NCBI GenBank assembly: GCA_964524375.1 | Contig: CAZGES010000001.1 | Location: forward strand, 1 to 63,696 | DNA from: an uncultured archaeon | Lineage (GTDB): Archaea; Iainarchaeota; Iainarchaeia; Iainarchaeales; VGJJ01 | Direction of reading: 5' to 3' | Length of the DNA: 63,696 nt | Part shown: piece after piece, positions 42,852 to 53,421 of the stretch | Layout of the letters: every line of letters begins with the position of its first letter | How positions within the stretch are numbered: the first letter of the stretch is position 1 | Program-made: the position numbers and the translations under genes | Notes under the pieces: generated by a model | What the model saw: only the letters and a program-made list of their open reading frames with translations | The model's database searches: none | What the model was told of the DNA's origin: nothing

Positions 42852-43787
42852 TTGCCCATGAAGCATTACTTTCTCGCGGCCGTTCTTTCCGTACTCGCGT
42901 TCGTGACGATTGGACCATTCGTGAAAATACTTTCTCCAGACATGCCGCTGCCGCTCATCACGTTCGGGAGAGCATTCTTTGGATTTATTTTCGTTTTATT
43001 ATTAGTGAAGAAAGCTCATTTTAGAGTGGAGAAGTTTCACTGGGACGATTTACAGGATTATGCGTTCGTGGGATTTTTGCTCGCGATGACGATGAGCTTG
43101 TACAATTTCGCGTTCACACTCTCTCCATTAGCGGATGTGATTTTGTTGAATTACGCGCACGTGTTCATTTCCCCCGTGCTCGCGTGGTTTTTGTTAAAAG
43201 AAAAAATGGAAAAGAGTGCATGGTTGTTTATCCTCGCGGGATTTGTGGGTGTGGCGATTATCAATCCATTTTCGGGAACGAGTTTGGAAGGAAACCTTTC
43301 TGCATTAGGAGCAGGAATCACGTACGCGATGATGGCCGTGTACATGCGCAAAGTCGACAAGCACCATGGATTAGGAGATGTGGCATGGTTCCTCGGCTTC
43401 GCCACGCTTTTCTTGCTACCCTTCACGGTGTTTAGTTTCACTCCCCATTTCACGTGGGGAGACTTGTTCCTCCTCGCGTTCGCGGGAGTGGTGTCCACGG
43501 GACTCGGATACTTCTTCTTCAACTACGCATTGGAGGGGATGCGCGTGCACGTTGTTTCAACACTCGATTTAGCATTGGGAACGTTTTTGGGACTCGTGTT
43601 GAGCGTGTATGCGTACCATGAACCCCTGACGCAAAACATCCTGCTCGGCGGTCTAATTATCGTGGGTTCGGGGCTTCTTTTTATGCGGTCCCAACACCTC
43701 TTGAACGTGCGTTTAAAACTTCCGGGGAGTAAAACTGGTATCTATGCTACTGCATTTCTATCAAAAAAAGCTCGCGGAAAACGTTAA
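42852..43787 (+). CDS. EamA/DMT-superfamily transporter
   Basis: Ten hydrophobic helices in a 5+5 arrangement, size and composition typical of EamA. Confidence 0.7.
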   Translation: MPMKHYFLAAVLSVLAFVTIGPFVKILSPDMPLPLITFGRAFFGFIFVLLLVKKAHFRVEKFHWDDLQDYAFVGFLLAMTMSLYNFAFTLSPLADVILLNYAHVFISPVLAWFLLKEKMEKSAWLFILAGFVGVAIINPFSGTSLEGNLSALGAGITYAMMAVYMRKVDKHHGLGDVAWFLGFATLFLLPFTVFSFTPHFTWGDLFLLAFAGVVSTGLGYFFFNYALEGMRVHVVSTLDLALGTFLGLVLSVYAYHEPLTQNILLGGLIIVGSGLLFMRSQHLLNVRLKLPGSKTGIYATAFLSKKARGKR

Positions 43788-45468
43788 TGCAGCACTCCAC
43801 ACCCTGCACGTGTCCCCACTCGACGAAGATACGCTTATTGCACTCATGACACGCCCTCCATCTGCGGAGAAGGGGGACCTTTCATTTCCGGTCTTTCGAT
43901 TCATGCCCAAAGGAACAAACCCTGCGGCGTTTGCCCAACAAATTGTACATCATTTGAAAACGGATGGAGATTTTTCCAAATTCGAGGCGGCCGGACCATA
44001 TGTGAACGTTTTTTTTAATTCGGAAACATACACGAAAAAAATTATTGAAAATGCCAACCACGCGCCGCCCGTTCCAGGAAAAGAGTCGCGGATGGTGATG
44101 ATTGAGTATGCGTCTCCTAATACGAATAAGCCCTTGCACGTGGGTCACATTCGAAATATTTCCCTCGCGCAGAGCATGATACGATTGTTTGAACATTCGG
44201 GAAAGCGCGTGATGAAAGTGCAAGTGATTAACGACAGGGGAGTGCATATTTGCAAGAGCATGCTCGCGTATCAAAAATGGGGACGCTCAACCACTCCCGA
44301 AAGTGAGAAGATGAAGTCCGACCATTTGGTGGGGAAGTATTACGTCCTTTTTACAAGTGAAGCGGAAAAAAATCCTGGATTAGAGGAAGAAGCCCAAGCC
44401 ATGCTGCAAAAATGGGAGAGCGGAGATGTGGAAACACGCAAGCTTTGGAGAAAAATGAACGATTGGGCGGAGAAAGGATTGTTTGAAACGTACGCCGCGC
44501 TCGGCGCGACATTCGACAAAAACTATTACGAGAGCGAATTCTATTCCAAAGGAAAGGAAGTGGTGATGAAGGCGTTTGCGGAAGGAAAATTGGAAAAAGC
44601 CGACAATGGGGCCATTATGGTCCCGCTGAAAAAATATCATTTGCCTGACAAACCTGTTATTCGAGGGGATGGCACGACGCTTTATTTCACGCAAGATGTT
44701 TATTTGGCCATTCAGCGTTTGCAGGAGTATCCGGACTTGGAAAAAATAATCCATATTGTGGGGAATGAGCAAGAGATGCATTTCAAACAATTGTTTGCCG
44801 CGCTTGACTTAATGGGAGTGGCGGACGCGTCAAAGTTTTATCATTTGGGGTATGGGCTCTTAATGCTGCCCACCGGAAAAATGTCTTCGCGTCAAGGAAC
44901 GGTCGTGAATGCGGATGATTTACTGGAAGAATTGGTGCAGATGGCGCGAGATGAATACGATAAACGCAACCCCGAGTTAGGAAGCGAAGAAATTGAGCGC
45001 AGGTCGAAAGTAATCGCACTCTCCGCACTCAAATTTTTTATGGTGAAGCAGGACGCGAAAAAGGAATTGATTTTCGACCCGAGAGAAAGTCTATCCTTTG
45101 ACGGGCAGACGGGGCCGTATCTCTTGTATACGACGGCGCGCATCCTTTCTATTCTGCGAAAGAGCGTGCACTCTGCAGACGTGAAAAAAGCGGGATTGTT
45201 AACCACGCCGCTGGAAAAAGAATTGCTCACGCTGCTCTCGCAGAAAGATGAAGTGATTGCGAGTGCACTCGCCCATTATTCTCCGCACATTTTAGGACAT
45301 TATCTTCTGGGAGTGGCCAACACGTTTAATACGTATTATCACGAGACCAAAATCATTCAAGAGAATGAAGACTTGGAAAAAACCCGCCTCGCGCTCGTGA
45401 ACGCAGTGAGGCAAACGCTCGAGGAAGGGTTGTATTTGTTAGGCGTCGAAACCCTGCGTGAGATGTGA
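43744..45468 (+). CDS. argS: arginyl-tRNA synthetase
   Basis: SPNTNKPLHVGHIRN (HIGH region), class I core and C-terminal anticodon-binding domain. Overlaps the transporter gene by 44 nt. Confidence 0.9.
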   Translation: MLLHFYQKKLAENVNAALHTLHVSPLDEDTLIALMTRPPSAEKGDLSFPVFRFMPKGTNPAAFAQQIVHHLKTDGDFSKFEAAGPYVNVFFNSETYTKKIIENANHAPPVPGKESRMVMIEYASPNTNKPLHVGHIRNISLAQSMIRLFEHSGKRVMKVQVINDRGVHICKSMLAYQKWGRSTTPESEKMKSDHLVGKYYVLFTSEAEKNPGLEEEAQAMLQKWESGDVETRKLWRKMNDWAEKGLFETYAALGATFDKNYYESEFYSKGKEVVMKAFAEGKLEKADNGAIMVPLKKYHLPDKPVIRGDGTTLYFTQDVYLAIQRLQEYPDLEKIIHIVGNEQEMHFKQLFAALDLMGVADASKFYHLGYGLLMLPTGKMSSRQGTVVNADDLLEELVQMARDEYDKRNPELGSEEIERRSKVIALSALKFFMVKQDAKKELIFDPRESLSFDGQTGPYLLYTTARILSILRKSVHSADVKKAGLLTTPLEKELLTLLSQKDEVIASALAHYSPHILGHYLLGVANTFNTYYHETKIIQENEDLEKTRLALVNAVRQTLEEGLYLLGVETLREM

Positions 45469-45507
45469 AACCATCCGAAGATGTAAAGTCATCGCGGGCA
45501 GTGAAAC

Positions 45508-45515
45508 TATAAATA
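45508..45515 (+). promoter_or_regulatory. TATA box (TATAAATA) for the CDS starting at 45537
   Basis: Centred ~26 nt upstream of the ATG at 45537. Confidence 0.55.
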
Positions 45516-45536
45516 GGGTTGCGGCGTTTTGAGTGC

Positions 45537-46292
45537 ATGCCAGCCAAACGAATGAAACCCCTTCCCCGAAAAGATGCGCACCGCCGCGCAGTAAATTTGG
45601 GTGCCTCGCTCGTGAGGCGAGGTGTTTCTTCTAAAGATGCCGCCCAAATATTGTTTGAGCGCTATGGTCCACATCTCGGTGCGCGTGTTCCATTTGATGT
45701 GGAGCGAAATTTTTTTTGGCGCGGACCGCAGTTGAAAAAGTTTAAGGGATTGACGCACGAAGAGGCGCGTAAATTGAGGCGAATGATTCATTCTCGTTTT
45801 GGACGATTTTCTGAAAATTTTTCCAATGAAATAGTGGGTGCAGAGCCTGAAAAAAAAGTGGTTCAAAAAAAATCTTTAATTGAACGCACCAAAAAACGCC
45901 CTCTCTCTCCAGGGCAGAAGGAAAAGTTGCGCGCCCAAAAAATGTTGGCGCTCGCGACTGCCAAAATGGATAAGGAGCCTCATTCATTATTTACGTACGC
46001 GATAAATACCATGTCTTCAATTTGGAGAGATTCTCAAATAAAACAATTTTTGGCGATCCATTCTATTAGTGAAATTAATCGAATGATGCGCGTGGAAGTT
46101 AATCGCCTGCCCGAAAAAGAACGCAAAGTTATTCGGGGTGAATTTTTTTTCAAGATGAACGATCGAGAAATAGCAGCGAATTATCATCTCAAAATGGGAG
46201 ATGTTCCTACCCTGCGAAAAAATGGATTAGCGAATATTGCCTTGCGCATCATGCGACAGTCGCCCGCATATGCTCCTCCTAAAAAGAAATAA
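45537..46292 (+). CDS. hypothetical protein with C-terminal sigma-70 region-4/LuxR-like HTH
   Basis: RLPEKERKVIRGEFFFKMNDREIAANYHLKMGDVPTLRKNGLANIALRIM follows the region-4 pattern L-x2-ER-x-V-(7)-s-x2-EIA-(8)-V-(6)-L-x2-L. Confidence 0.55.
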   Translation: MPAKRMKPLPRKDAHRRAVNLGASLVRRGVSSKDAAQILFERYGPHLGARVPFDVERNFFWRGPQLKKFKGLTHEEARKLRRMIHSRFGRFSENFSNEIVGAEPEKKVVQKKSLIERTKKRPLSPGQKEKLRAQKMLALATAKMDKEPHSLFTYAINTMSSIWRDSQIKQFLAIHSISEINRMMRVEVNRLPEKERKVIRGEFFFKMNDREIAANYHLKMGDVPTLRKNGLANIALRIMRQSPAYAPPKKK

Positions 46293-46293
46293 C

Positions 46294-48939
46294 TCATTCC
46301 AAGTAAATGGCCGGTCTTCCTTTCGCGGCCTTTTTCATCTTTTCTAAGGGGTCGTGTGCGTCGTTGATTTTGATCTGGAGTTGAGTATGCTTGCTCAATG
46401 CGGCCTGGGCCTGCGTCAGCCAATCGGTTTCGTGCCCTTCTATTGAATAAATAAAGGCTATTTTAGGCTGTTTTCCGCGAACGAGCTTTCGAACGTGCTC
46501 TAAATCCTGTAAAACGCTTTCAATGAAAATTACTTGCTTTTCAATGGCAGAATTAGGCTTTCCTTGGGGTTTGGCAATGCTCATGCTGCTCACAAGTTTT
46601 CCAAAACCGGCGCGTTCTCCCACTTCTTCAGCGAGGAAGGGGGTTATCGGGGATATGAGGAGCGTCCATTCTTTCAGCACTTTTTTCACGGCAGGACTTT
46701 CATCGGCACCAAAAACTTTCTTGAATCGCTTCACTTCGTTCAACGTCTCGAAAAATGCTTTCTGTGCCGCGTACATGTATTCATATTTTTCGTACGCATC
46801 ATACGCTTCGCTCAAGCGCATGCGCAAATTCTCCACCAACCACTCGTGTGCGGGCGTCAACGTGTTTTCGTTGGATTCAATGGCATGCACGAGCGTGCGT
46901 TCGAGTTCGTTTAATTTGCTCCGCACTTGCGGAACTTGACTGTCTTTCCAATCCGCGGTACGCTCGAAACTGGCGGAGGAAACAATGAATAGTCTTGTCA
47001 AATCGGCGGTGAATTCGTTCACAGCATTCTGCAGCGGAATAACATTTCCTTTGGACTTAGACATTTTTTGTCCATTGCGGTTGAGCATCTCGTTGAATGT
47101 TAGTCCGCGCGGCCAAAATTCTTGCGGAAACAAAAGCGTGTGCGTGAATAAGAAGAATGAAATGTGGTTTGAAATGTGCGCGGGAGCAGTGTGTCTCAAA
47201 TCGTTGGGGTACCAATACTTTACTTCGGAAAAAATTTTGTTGGCAATTTCAGCGCGCATATCGTTTGTTGGAAGTTTTTTTCCCAGTAGTGCGGCATCGT
47301 AGAATGCTTCATCTAATTGCTCCGCGCTCAACGAGGCGTTGCGAATGTGCGTTATGGCAATGTAAAAAACCATGTAAATAGTCGAATCGGAGAGGGGTTC
47401 AATCATCCACTCATCACTCTCAACCAATGGAAACTTCGTTCCTAATCCGCGCTTTCGGATGCAGGGGCGTTTTTCCAACCAATCAATGGCCTCATGAATG
47501 GATTTTTTGAAATATTCTGGATAAACGGGCATGTGCTCAACGAGTGAGTGCGTTTTTTCCTTCCATTCCTTGGAAGAATAGTCCAAGAACCACTGGTCTT
47601 CAAGCACGGCCACCGTGACGGGATTTCCCGCGCGCGTGAATGCTCGGCGAGAGGGCTCGTGCAGCGTGTCGCCGCGCCCTTTCGCGTTCAAGTTGTGCAA
47701 AATCTTTTCTTTGGCTACTTGAACGGACATTCCCGCGAGGAAGCCATTTTTCAAATTCATTTTTCCCTCGTAAAACTCTTTTTTGTAAATCTCTTCCGTT
47801 GCGGCCTGAATACCTTCGCGGTGTTTGAGACTAGTCGCTTTGTGCGCGGCGAGGAGATTTTCTATTCCCTCAAATCCGGGCGTGTCAATGATCGTAATGG
47901 GGACAATTTTCTCCGCACCGGGATATTTTTGCTGCTTTAACTCATACAGGGCAATGAAATCCCACGGCGCGTGAGCGGGAACGGAGTACACGACACCGGT
48001 TCCTTTCTCGGCAGAAACAAATGGTGCTGGCAAGATTGGAATTTTTATTTTTTCATTCAGCGGATTGCTGACACGTGCATTAATTAGTGTTTCTCCGCTT
48101 ATTTTTTCGATAATTTCAAACTTTTTTCCTTGTAAAGAAAGTTTTTCCAGTGCTTTTTCGGCGAGAATCCACTCTTCATTGTTCCAGCGTGCACGCACAT
48201 ACTCGACTTGCGGATTCACCCACACATTGGTGCAGCCGAACAATGTTTCCGGACGCAACGTAGAGGCCACGAGAAACGAATTGGGTTTGTCAAAAGGGAA
48301 TTTGACTAAGGTGAACTCTTGGATTTGCACCTTGTCGGTGTCACCATCCTTAATGTCATCTTCCCCCACCGCATTCTTATCCGCGGGAGAATAGAGAATG
48401 GGATATTTTCCTTTGACTAATGCTCCTTTTGCAAAGAGTTTGCGAAACTGCCAGTGAATAAATTTCTGGTATTCGACATCCATTGTTGTAAACGTGGGCC
48501 GCCAATCGATAGAGCACCCTAACTTTTCAAAATCATCCCGAATGTGCGCGGCAAAATAGTGGGCCACATTGGATGGGTCGGTGAACGTTTTCAAAATACC
48601 CGCAATTTTGGCAGGGTCCTTTTCGTAAATGCCTAAATAATCGGTGTACAACTTTTTCATTTCCTCATCGCCGCGTTTCAATGCATCACTGATTGCAAGT
48701 ACGGGGGTTCCCGTCACGTGAAAGCCCATGGGCCAAAAAACATTTTCTCCTTTCAAGCGGTGAAAACGTACCGTGACGTCGCCGTTTACATACGTGCGGC
48801 CGTGTCCCACATGCAATGGTCCTGTCGGGTATGCATAGGGCACGGTGAAGAAAAACTTCTTTTCTTTGGAAAGAGAGGAGGGTTCGAATACGCCCTGTGC
48901 GTGCCACTTTTGGGTCCATTTTTGTTCGCGTGAATGCAT
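46294..48939 (-). CDS. leuS: leucyl-tRNA synthetase (archaeal type)
   Basis: PYAYPTGPLHVGHGRTY (HIGH), QKMSKSKGN (KMSKS), CP1 editing insertion, 881 aa. Confidence 0.92.
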   Translation of the reverse strand: MHSREQKWTQKWHAQGVFEPSSLSKEKKFFFTVPYAYPTGPLHVGHGRTYVNGDVTVRFHRLKGENVFWPMGFHVTGTPVLAISDALKRGDEEMKKLYTDYLGIYEKDPAKIAGILKTFTDPSNVAHYFAAHIRDDFEKLGCSIDWRPTFTTMDVEYQKFIHWQFRKLFAKGALVKGKYPILYSPADKNAVGEDDIKDGDTDKVQIQEFTLVKFPFDKPNSFLVASTLRPETLFGCTNVWVNPQVEYVRARWNNEEWILAEKALEKLSLQGKKFEIIEKISGETLINARVSNPLNEKIKIPILPAPFVSAEKGTGVVYSVPAHAPWDFIALYELKQQKYPGAEKIVPITIIDTPGFEGIENLLAAHKATSLKHREGIQAATEEIYKKEFYEGKMNLKNGFLAGMSVQVAKEKILHNLNAKGRGDTLHEPSRRAFTRAGNPVTVAVLEDQWFLDYSSKEWKEKTHSLVEHMPVYPEYFKKSIHEAIDWLEKRPCIRKRGLGTKFPLVESDEWMIEPLSDSTIYMVFYIAITHIRNASLSAEQLDEAFYDAALLGKKLPTNDMRAEIANKIFSEVKYWYPNDLRHTAPAHISNHISFFLFTHTLLFPQEFWPRGLTFNEMLNRNGQKMSKSKGNVIPLQNAVNEFTADLTRLFIVSSASFERTADWKDSQVPQVRSKLNELERTLVHAIESNENTLTPAHEWLVENLRMRLSEAYDAYEKYEYMYAAQKAFFETLNEVKRFKKVFGADESPAVKKVLKEWTLLISPITPFLAEEVGERAGFGKLVSSMSIAKPQGKPNSAIEKQVIFIESVLQDLEHVRKLVRGKQPKIAFIYSIEGHETDWLTQAQAALSKHTQLQIKINDAHDPLEKMKKAAKGRPAIYLE

Positions 48940-49037
48940 GGAAATGACCTTTATTCACGATTACACGTCAAAAAGGATTTTTAATGAACCCGCGTCGAAT
49001 ACATCGAAACAGGCGTTTAGGCTGAATAGAGGGCTGC

Positions 49038-49445
49038 TTAAAACAATTTAATGGAGGGAAACGAAGGAATAATCCGCGTCTGCTCGTTCAGTTTCTTGAA
49101 GTGCGCATCCACGGTTTTATGGTTCACATACGGGTGGTGCTGGCGAAAACCCCCGTTGAAGGAATGGGGAATGTGGAGGAGTTCATGAATGATGGTTTTG
49201 ATTTGCTCTTCTTCGTTTTGCCGGTCAAATTTCTCTGAAATAAGTTCAATAGCGTAAAAGGGGGGCTGGTTCGTTCCGAGTTGAATGATTTTTGGCATCG
49301 TGTGAATGCGCGCAATGGTTCTTCGCGACTTGCTTCCCTGGGATTTGAAACAGACGACTCTATCTTCGGGAATGTGCTTGAATTCCAGCTTGCGGATGAC
49401 TTCCATTGTTTTCGTCGTCCATTCGGGAGAGGGAATGTATTTCAT
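49038..49445 (-). CDS. SprT/COG4900-like putative zinc metallopeptidase
   Basis: IIHELLHIPHSFNGGF (HExxH), size about 135 aa. Confidence 0.6.
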   Translation of the reverse strand: MKYIPSPEWTTKTMEVIRKLEFKHIPEDRVVCFKSQGSKSRRTIARIHTMPKIIQLGTNQPPFYAIELISEKFDRQNEEEQIKTIIHELLHIPHSFNGGFRQHHPYVNHKTVDAHFKKLNEQTRIIPSFPSIKLF

Positions 49446-49484
49446 GCGCTTTAGTTGAGTGAGGATGGAAATAAATAGGTGCGT

Positions 49485-50465
49485 TCAAATTTTGAAAAAA
49501 CCCTTTTCAGAGACGCGTAGCGTGTCTTGTTCAAGTGAACGCTTTTCGAAAAGCAATTCTAAGAGGGCCATGCGCACGTACAATCCATTGGCGGCCTGCC
49601 TAAAATAGGCAGCGCGCGGGTCCTGGTCGATTTCAGCGGGAATTTCATTTACTCGCGGGAGGGGGTGCATGACAATAGCATCGAGAGGGAGTAATTCCAT
49701 CGTGTGCGTGTTAATTGTACAACTGTCCTTGACGCGCGCGTATTCTTCCACGCTGGCAAAACGCTCTTTTTGGACGCGCGTCATGTACAGCACATCCACT
49801 TCGTTTAACGATTGAGGAAGGGTTTCGCGTTCTTCAAACGAGACATTTTTTTGAGTGAGCTCATCGCGGTACGTTTGAGGAATTTGCAGGGAGGGAGGGG
49901 AAACTAAAATGAGTTTAATGTTTTTTTGAGGAATGAGCAAACGTACAAGGGAGTGCACTGTTCGACCATACAACAAGTCGCCCATGATGAGAATAGTTAA
50001 GTCGTGCAGGCGACCTTTTTCTCGCCAGACGGTGTACGCATCTAACAGCGCTTGCGTGGGATGTTCCCCCGCACCATCGCCCGCGTTAATGATGGGAACA
50101 GTGGACACGCTCGCGGCGCGTGCTGCCGCCCCTTCTTCAGAGTGGCGCATGACAATCACATCGGAATACCCTCCAATGACCCGCACCGTGTCTTCGAGGG
50201 TTTCTCCTTTTGTGGCAGAGGAAAAGTGTCCCGCCGATTCGGTGGAAATGACGCGACCTCCCAACCTATTCATCGCCGATTCAAAGGAGAAGCGTGTGCG
50301 CGTGGAGGGTTCGTAAAACACGGCGGCCATGACTTTTCCATTCAACACGGGAAAAAGCTTCTCATTTTGAATGTTTTTTTCCATTTCTAGAGAGAGCTCG
50401 AATAAACGCTGGAGAATAAGAGGGTCGGAAAATTGCCTCGTGGAAAGAACATGATTTAATTTCAT
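49485..50465 (-). CDS. pyrB: aspartate carbamoyltransferase catalytic subunit
   Basis: FYEPSTRTRFSFE, GEHPTQALLD, MHPLPRVNEI. No pyrI next to it. Confidence 0.9.
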   Translation of the reverse strand: MKLNHVLSTRQFSDPLILQRLFELSLEMEKNIQNEKLFPVLNGKVMAAVFYEPSTRTRFSFESAMNRLGGRVISTESAGHFSSATKGETLEDTVRVIGGYSDVIVMRHSEEGAAARAASVSTVPIINAGDGAGEHPTQALLDAYTVWREKGRLHDLTILIMGDLLYGRTVHSLVRLLIPQKNIKLILVSPPSLQIPQTYRDELTQKNVSFEERETLPQSLNEVDVLYMTRVQKERFASVEEYARVKDSCTINTHTMELLPLDAIVMHPLPRVNEIPAEIDQDPRAAYFRQAANGLYVRMALLELLFEKRSLEQDTLRVSEKGFFKI

Positions 50466-50615
50466 TCAAAAAAACATGAGCGTTGTTGGACTATATTAAA
50501 GCGATGGAATCGTGCGCGAGTGGGGGCGTAAAGCGAATTGTGCGGCGCGGAGTTGCAGGCTTCGCGTTATAAATGATTTTGTTTTCATTTTTATTCTGCA
50601 AAAGGAGTGGTTGAA

Positions 50616-51137
50616 ATGCACCTAGCTAAAATTGGCCCTGGAAAAGAAGCGCCGGACATGGTTAATGTCATTATTGAAAACCCGGAAGGGGAAAACAACA
50701 AGTATGAATTTGACAAGGAATTGAACGTCATGCGCTTAGACCGCGTCATGTATTCGGCGGTGTTTTATCCCACCGACTATGGTTTTGTGCCGCAAACATT
50801 ATGCGAGGACGGCGACCCCTTGGATGCATTTGTGTTAAGCACAAACCCCATTCACCCCGGCGTTTTAGTCGAAGCGCGCCCGATTGGATACATCAAAATG
50901 GTCGACGGAGGAAAACGGGACGATAAACTATTGTGCGTCCCCACCCACGATGCACGATTTGCGCACGTGAAAGATTTGAAGCACGTTTCTCCTCACGTAC
51001 TGGAGGAAATTGCTCACTTTCTTTCCACGTATAAAATGCTTCAAAAGAAAAAAGTTGAAGTGGACGGTTGGCAAAATGCAGCCGCGGCCAAAAAACTCAT
51101 TCGTGAATCAATAAAACTTTTCAATTCCAAAAAATAA
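50616..51137 (+). CDS. ppa: inorganic pyrophosphatase (family I)
   Basis: VIIENPEG..NKYEFDKE, YPTDYGFVPQTLCEDGDPLDAFVL. ATG at 50616 (the track uses GTG at 50607). Confidence 0.88.
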   Translation: MHLAKIGPGKEAPDMVNVIIENPEGENNKYEFDKELNVMRLDRVMYSAVFYPTDYGFVPQTLCEDGDPLDAFVLSTNPIHPGVLVEARPIGYIKMVDGGKRDDKLLCVPTHDARFAHVKDLKHVSPHVLEEIAHFLSTYKMLQKKKVEVDGWQNAAAAKKLIRESIKLFNSKK

Positions 51138-51145
51138 TAAAAAAA

Positions 51146-52168
51146 TTAAGGGTGCGGAATTAATTCCGCGGGATTGAGTGCAGCGTTGAGCGTGAGCTGT
51201 ACAACTACGAAGACGATGAACAAGCCAATTAGTGCAATCCCATCGCGGCGCACGAGTTTGTGTTCATCATCCAAGAATGTGGTTAGCATGAGCGCGGCGA
51301 AAACCATGAACACGGCCGCGATGCCAATGATTCCAACGTCAATACTAAATGGGAAAATAATAGCCATCACCCCAATGGAAAACGTCGCGTCCAACACGAC
51401 ATTTCCTAAGATATCTCCCAGCGCCACACTTTTATGACGCGCCATAATTGCTTGAACGGAAAATGTTAACTCGGGCAGGGCGGCACCTACTGAAATGAGA
51501 ATGAGTCCCGCGAGTATTTCAGGGAAGTCCATGATGTGAGCAATTTCAACCGCGGATGTGACGACGAAGTGCGAACTAATGAAGATGAGAAATACCATTG
51601 CGACAAACGCAATAATGTCAGGAATTGCTTTTTGCATGGAAACAGTTTTTTTAGCGTCGTGAAGGGGTTCGTTTCGGAGCATGAGACCGAAGTAAATCAC
51701 GCTCGTTAACACGAGCAGCAATCCATCGAATTGCGACAAGTAACCATCTAACATGAGTCCGAGGGGCAAACCCACGGCGAATAAGAAACCATACGAGGAA
51801 ATGCGGTCGGTTTTTTGCGTGGGAATGGTTTTTCCGAGGATGGCGACAATCCCAATGACTAATGTCAAGTCCACAATGTTGTTTCCGATGAGCGTTCCAA
51901 TTCCCACGTCAGGAACACCCTCTAAGGCGGAATTGACACCGATGAAAAACTCGGGAAGGATGGACACAAACCCCGCGATGAGGAAGGAGGTTACAAATTC
52001 GGAAATATTGAAGTGATCGGCAAGATTGACGATGTATTTGACCGCGAGCGAAGCGCACTTGATGAGGAGGATGGAGAATATGAGGAATACCACTCCTTGA
52101 ACAAAGAGTGTGGATTCGATGCCCGCTAATTCATGGGCGGCTGGAATACTCAGGGACATGCGTTTCAA
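51146..52168 (-). CDS. Ca2+/Na+ antiporter (CaCA family)
   Basis: Two alpha-repeat motifs GTLIGNNIVDLTL and ALGDILGNVVLDATF in a 10-TM protein. Confidence 0.75.
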   Translation of the reverse strand: MKRMSLSIPAAHELAGIESTLFVQGVVFLIFSILLIKCASLAVKYIVNLADHFNISEFVTSFLIAGFVSILPEFFIGVNSALEGVPDVGIGTLIGNNIVDLTLVIGIVAILGKTIPTQKTDRISSYGFLFAVGLPLGLMLDGYLSQFDGLLLVLTSVIYFGLMLRNEPLHDAKKTVSMQKAIPDIIAFVAMVFLIFISSHFVVTSAVEIAHIMDFPEILAGLILISVGAALPELTFSVQAIMARHKSVALGDILGNVVLDATFSIGVMAIIFPFSIDVGIIGIAAVFMVFAALMLTTFLDDEHKLVRRDGIALIGLFIVFVVVQLTLNAALNPAELIPHP

Positions 52169-52211
52169 CCACCCAAAACCGGCTTAAAAGGCTACCGAGG
52201 GGGTTTCACGT

Positions 52212-53393
52212 ATGGACGCCTCCACTCATTCCATTTGCCCTCACATCGATGTGTGTGCCGGCTGCCCGATTATGCAAATACCGTATGCGCAGCAATTGGA
52301 ATCAAAGAAAACGATTCTGAAAAACCTGCTCATGTATTTTGTCACGGATTTTGATATCATTCCATCCCCCCAATTGGAATTCCACCGGAACCGTGCGGAT
52401 TTCTGGTACGCTCCCTCACGACAATTGGGTTTTCGAAATAAGAACAACCGCTTCGAAGGGATTTCCGTTCCGTCGTGCCAACTCGTCTCGCCGCGCGCGC
52501 AAAACGCATACGTGTTTCTCGAAAAATATGTGAAAGAAAAAAACATTCCCACGTATTCGGTGCTAGAACATACGGGCTTCCTACGTTACATATCGTTTCG
52601 CGAGTCTAAGACGAATGGGCAACTCATTATTCTGCTCAACACGTACACGAATACGAGCGAAGACGAGAAAATAATTGAAACTCTTGCGCACGAAATCATG
52701 TCCAAAAAATTGGCGGATGGTGTGGCGTGGGTGCACAATCCCACGCTCAATGATACCGTGCAAGGGGGAATTTTCAAGCAGTGGGGGAGCTGCATTCTCA
52801 CCGAAAAGATGTCTGATATTTCGCTGCAATACGATGCGAACTGTTTTTTTCAAACCAACCCGCGCTCGGCGGAAAACGCTCAACGATACGTGGTGGATTT
52901 GATTCACGAGGCCAATGAAAAAGCTACGGTTATTGACTTGTATTGCGGCGTGGGATTGTTTTCTCTGCCCCTTGCGTTGCGCGGGCATTTGGTGAAAGGA
53001 ATCGAATTATCCAAGGATGCGATTATTTGGGCACGAAAGAATGCGCACAATTTAGGACTGGAGGAGGTGGTCTTCGAAATAGGAGATGTGCCCGTAAAGT
53101 TGAAGGAAATGGAGAAAACTCACGAGAAATGGGAGACCATCCTCTTGGACCCCCCTCGTTCCGGACTTTCCAAAAAGATTTGGCGACGCATTTTGCGCCA
53201 AGCGCCTCAACAAATCGTTTACGTTTCGTGCAACCCCGTCGCGTTGAAACGCGACTTGGAATGGCTTTCGGAGTATGCAGAATTCCGCATTGAAAACGCG
53301 CGCGCCTTCGATTTCTTCCCGCATTCGGAACACGTGGAGATGGTCGTGGACATCCGTGTGGAAAAGATAAAAGAATTCAAGATGGGCGGGTAA
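52212..53393 (+). CDS. RNA (uracil-5-)-methyltransferase, RumA/TrmA family
   Basis: N-terminal Cys cluster CPHIDVCAGCP, SAM motif DLYCGVGLFSL, DPPRSG, catalytic YVSCNP. Confidence 0.8.
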   Translation: MDASTHSICPHIDVCAGCPIMQIPYAQQLESKKTILKNLLMYFVTDFDIIPSPQLEFHRNRADFWYAPSRQLGFRNKNNRFEGISVPSCQLVSPRAQNAYVFLEKYVKEKNIPTYSVLEHTGFLRYISFRESKTNGQLIILLNTYTNTSEDEKIIETLAHEIMSKKLADGVAWVHNPTLNDTVQGGIFKQWGSCILTEKMSDISLQYDANCFFQTNPRSAENAQRYVVDLIHEANEKATVIDLYCGVGLFSLPLALRGHLVKGIELSKDAIIWARKNAHNLGLEEVVFEIGDVPVKLKEMEKTHEKWETILLDPPRSGLSKKIWRRILRQAPQQIVYVSCNPVALKRDLEWLSEYAEFRIENARAFDFFPHSEHVEMVVDIRVEKIKEFKMGG

Positions 53394-53421
53394 TTACTCA
53401 AATATTTTATGCGCTGGTTGA

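Noticed and set aside
49485-50465. pyrB without an adjacent pyrI as an anomaly
   Set aside because: Separation or loss of the regulatory subunit is common, and it cannot be evaluated from one window.
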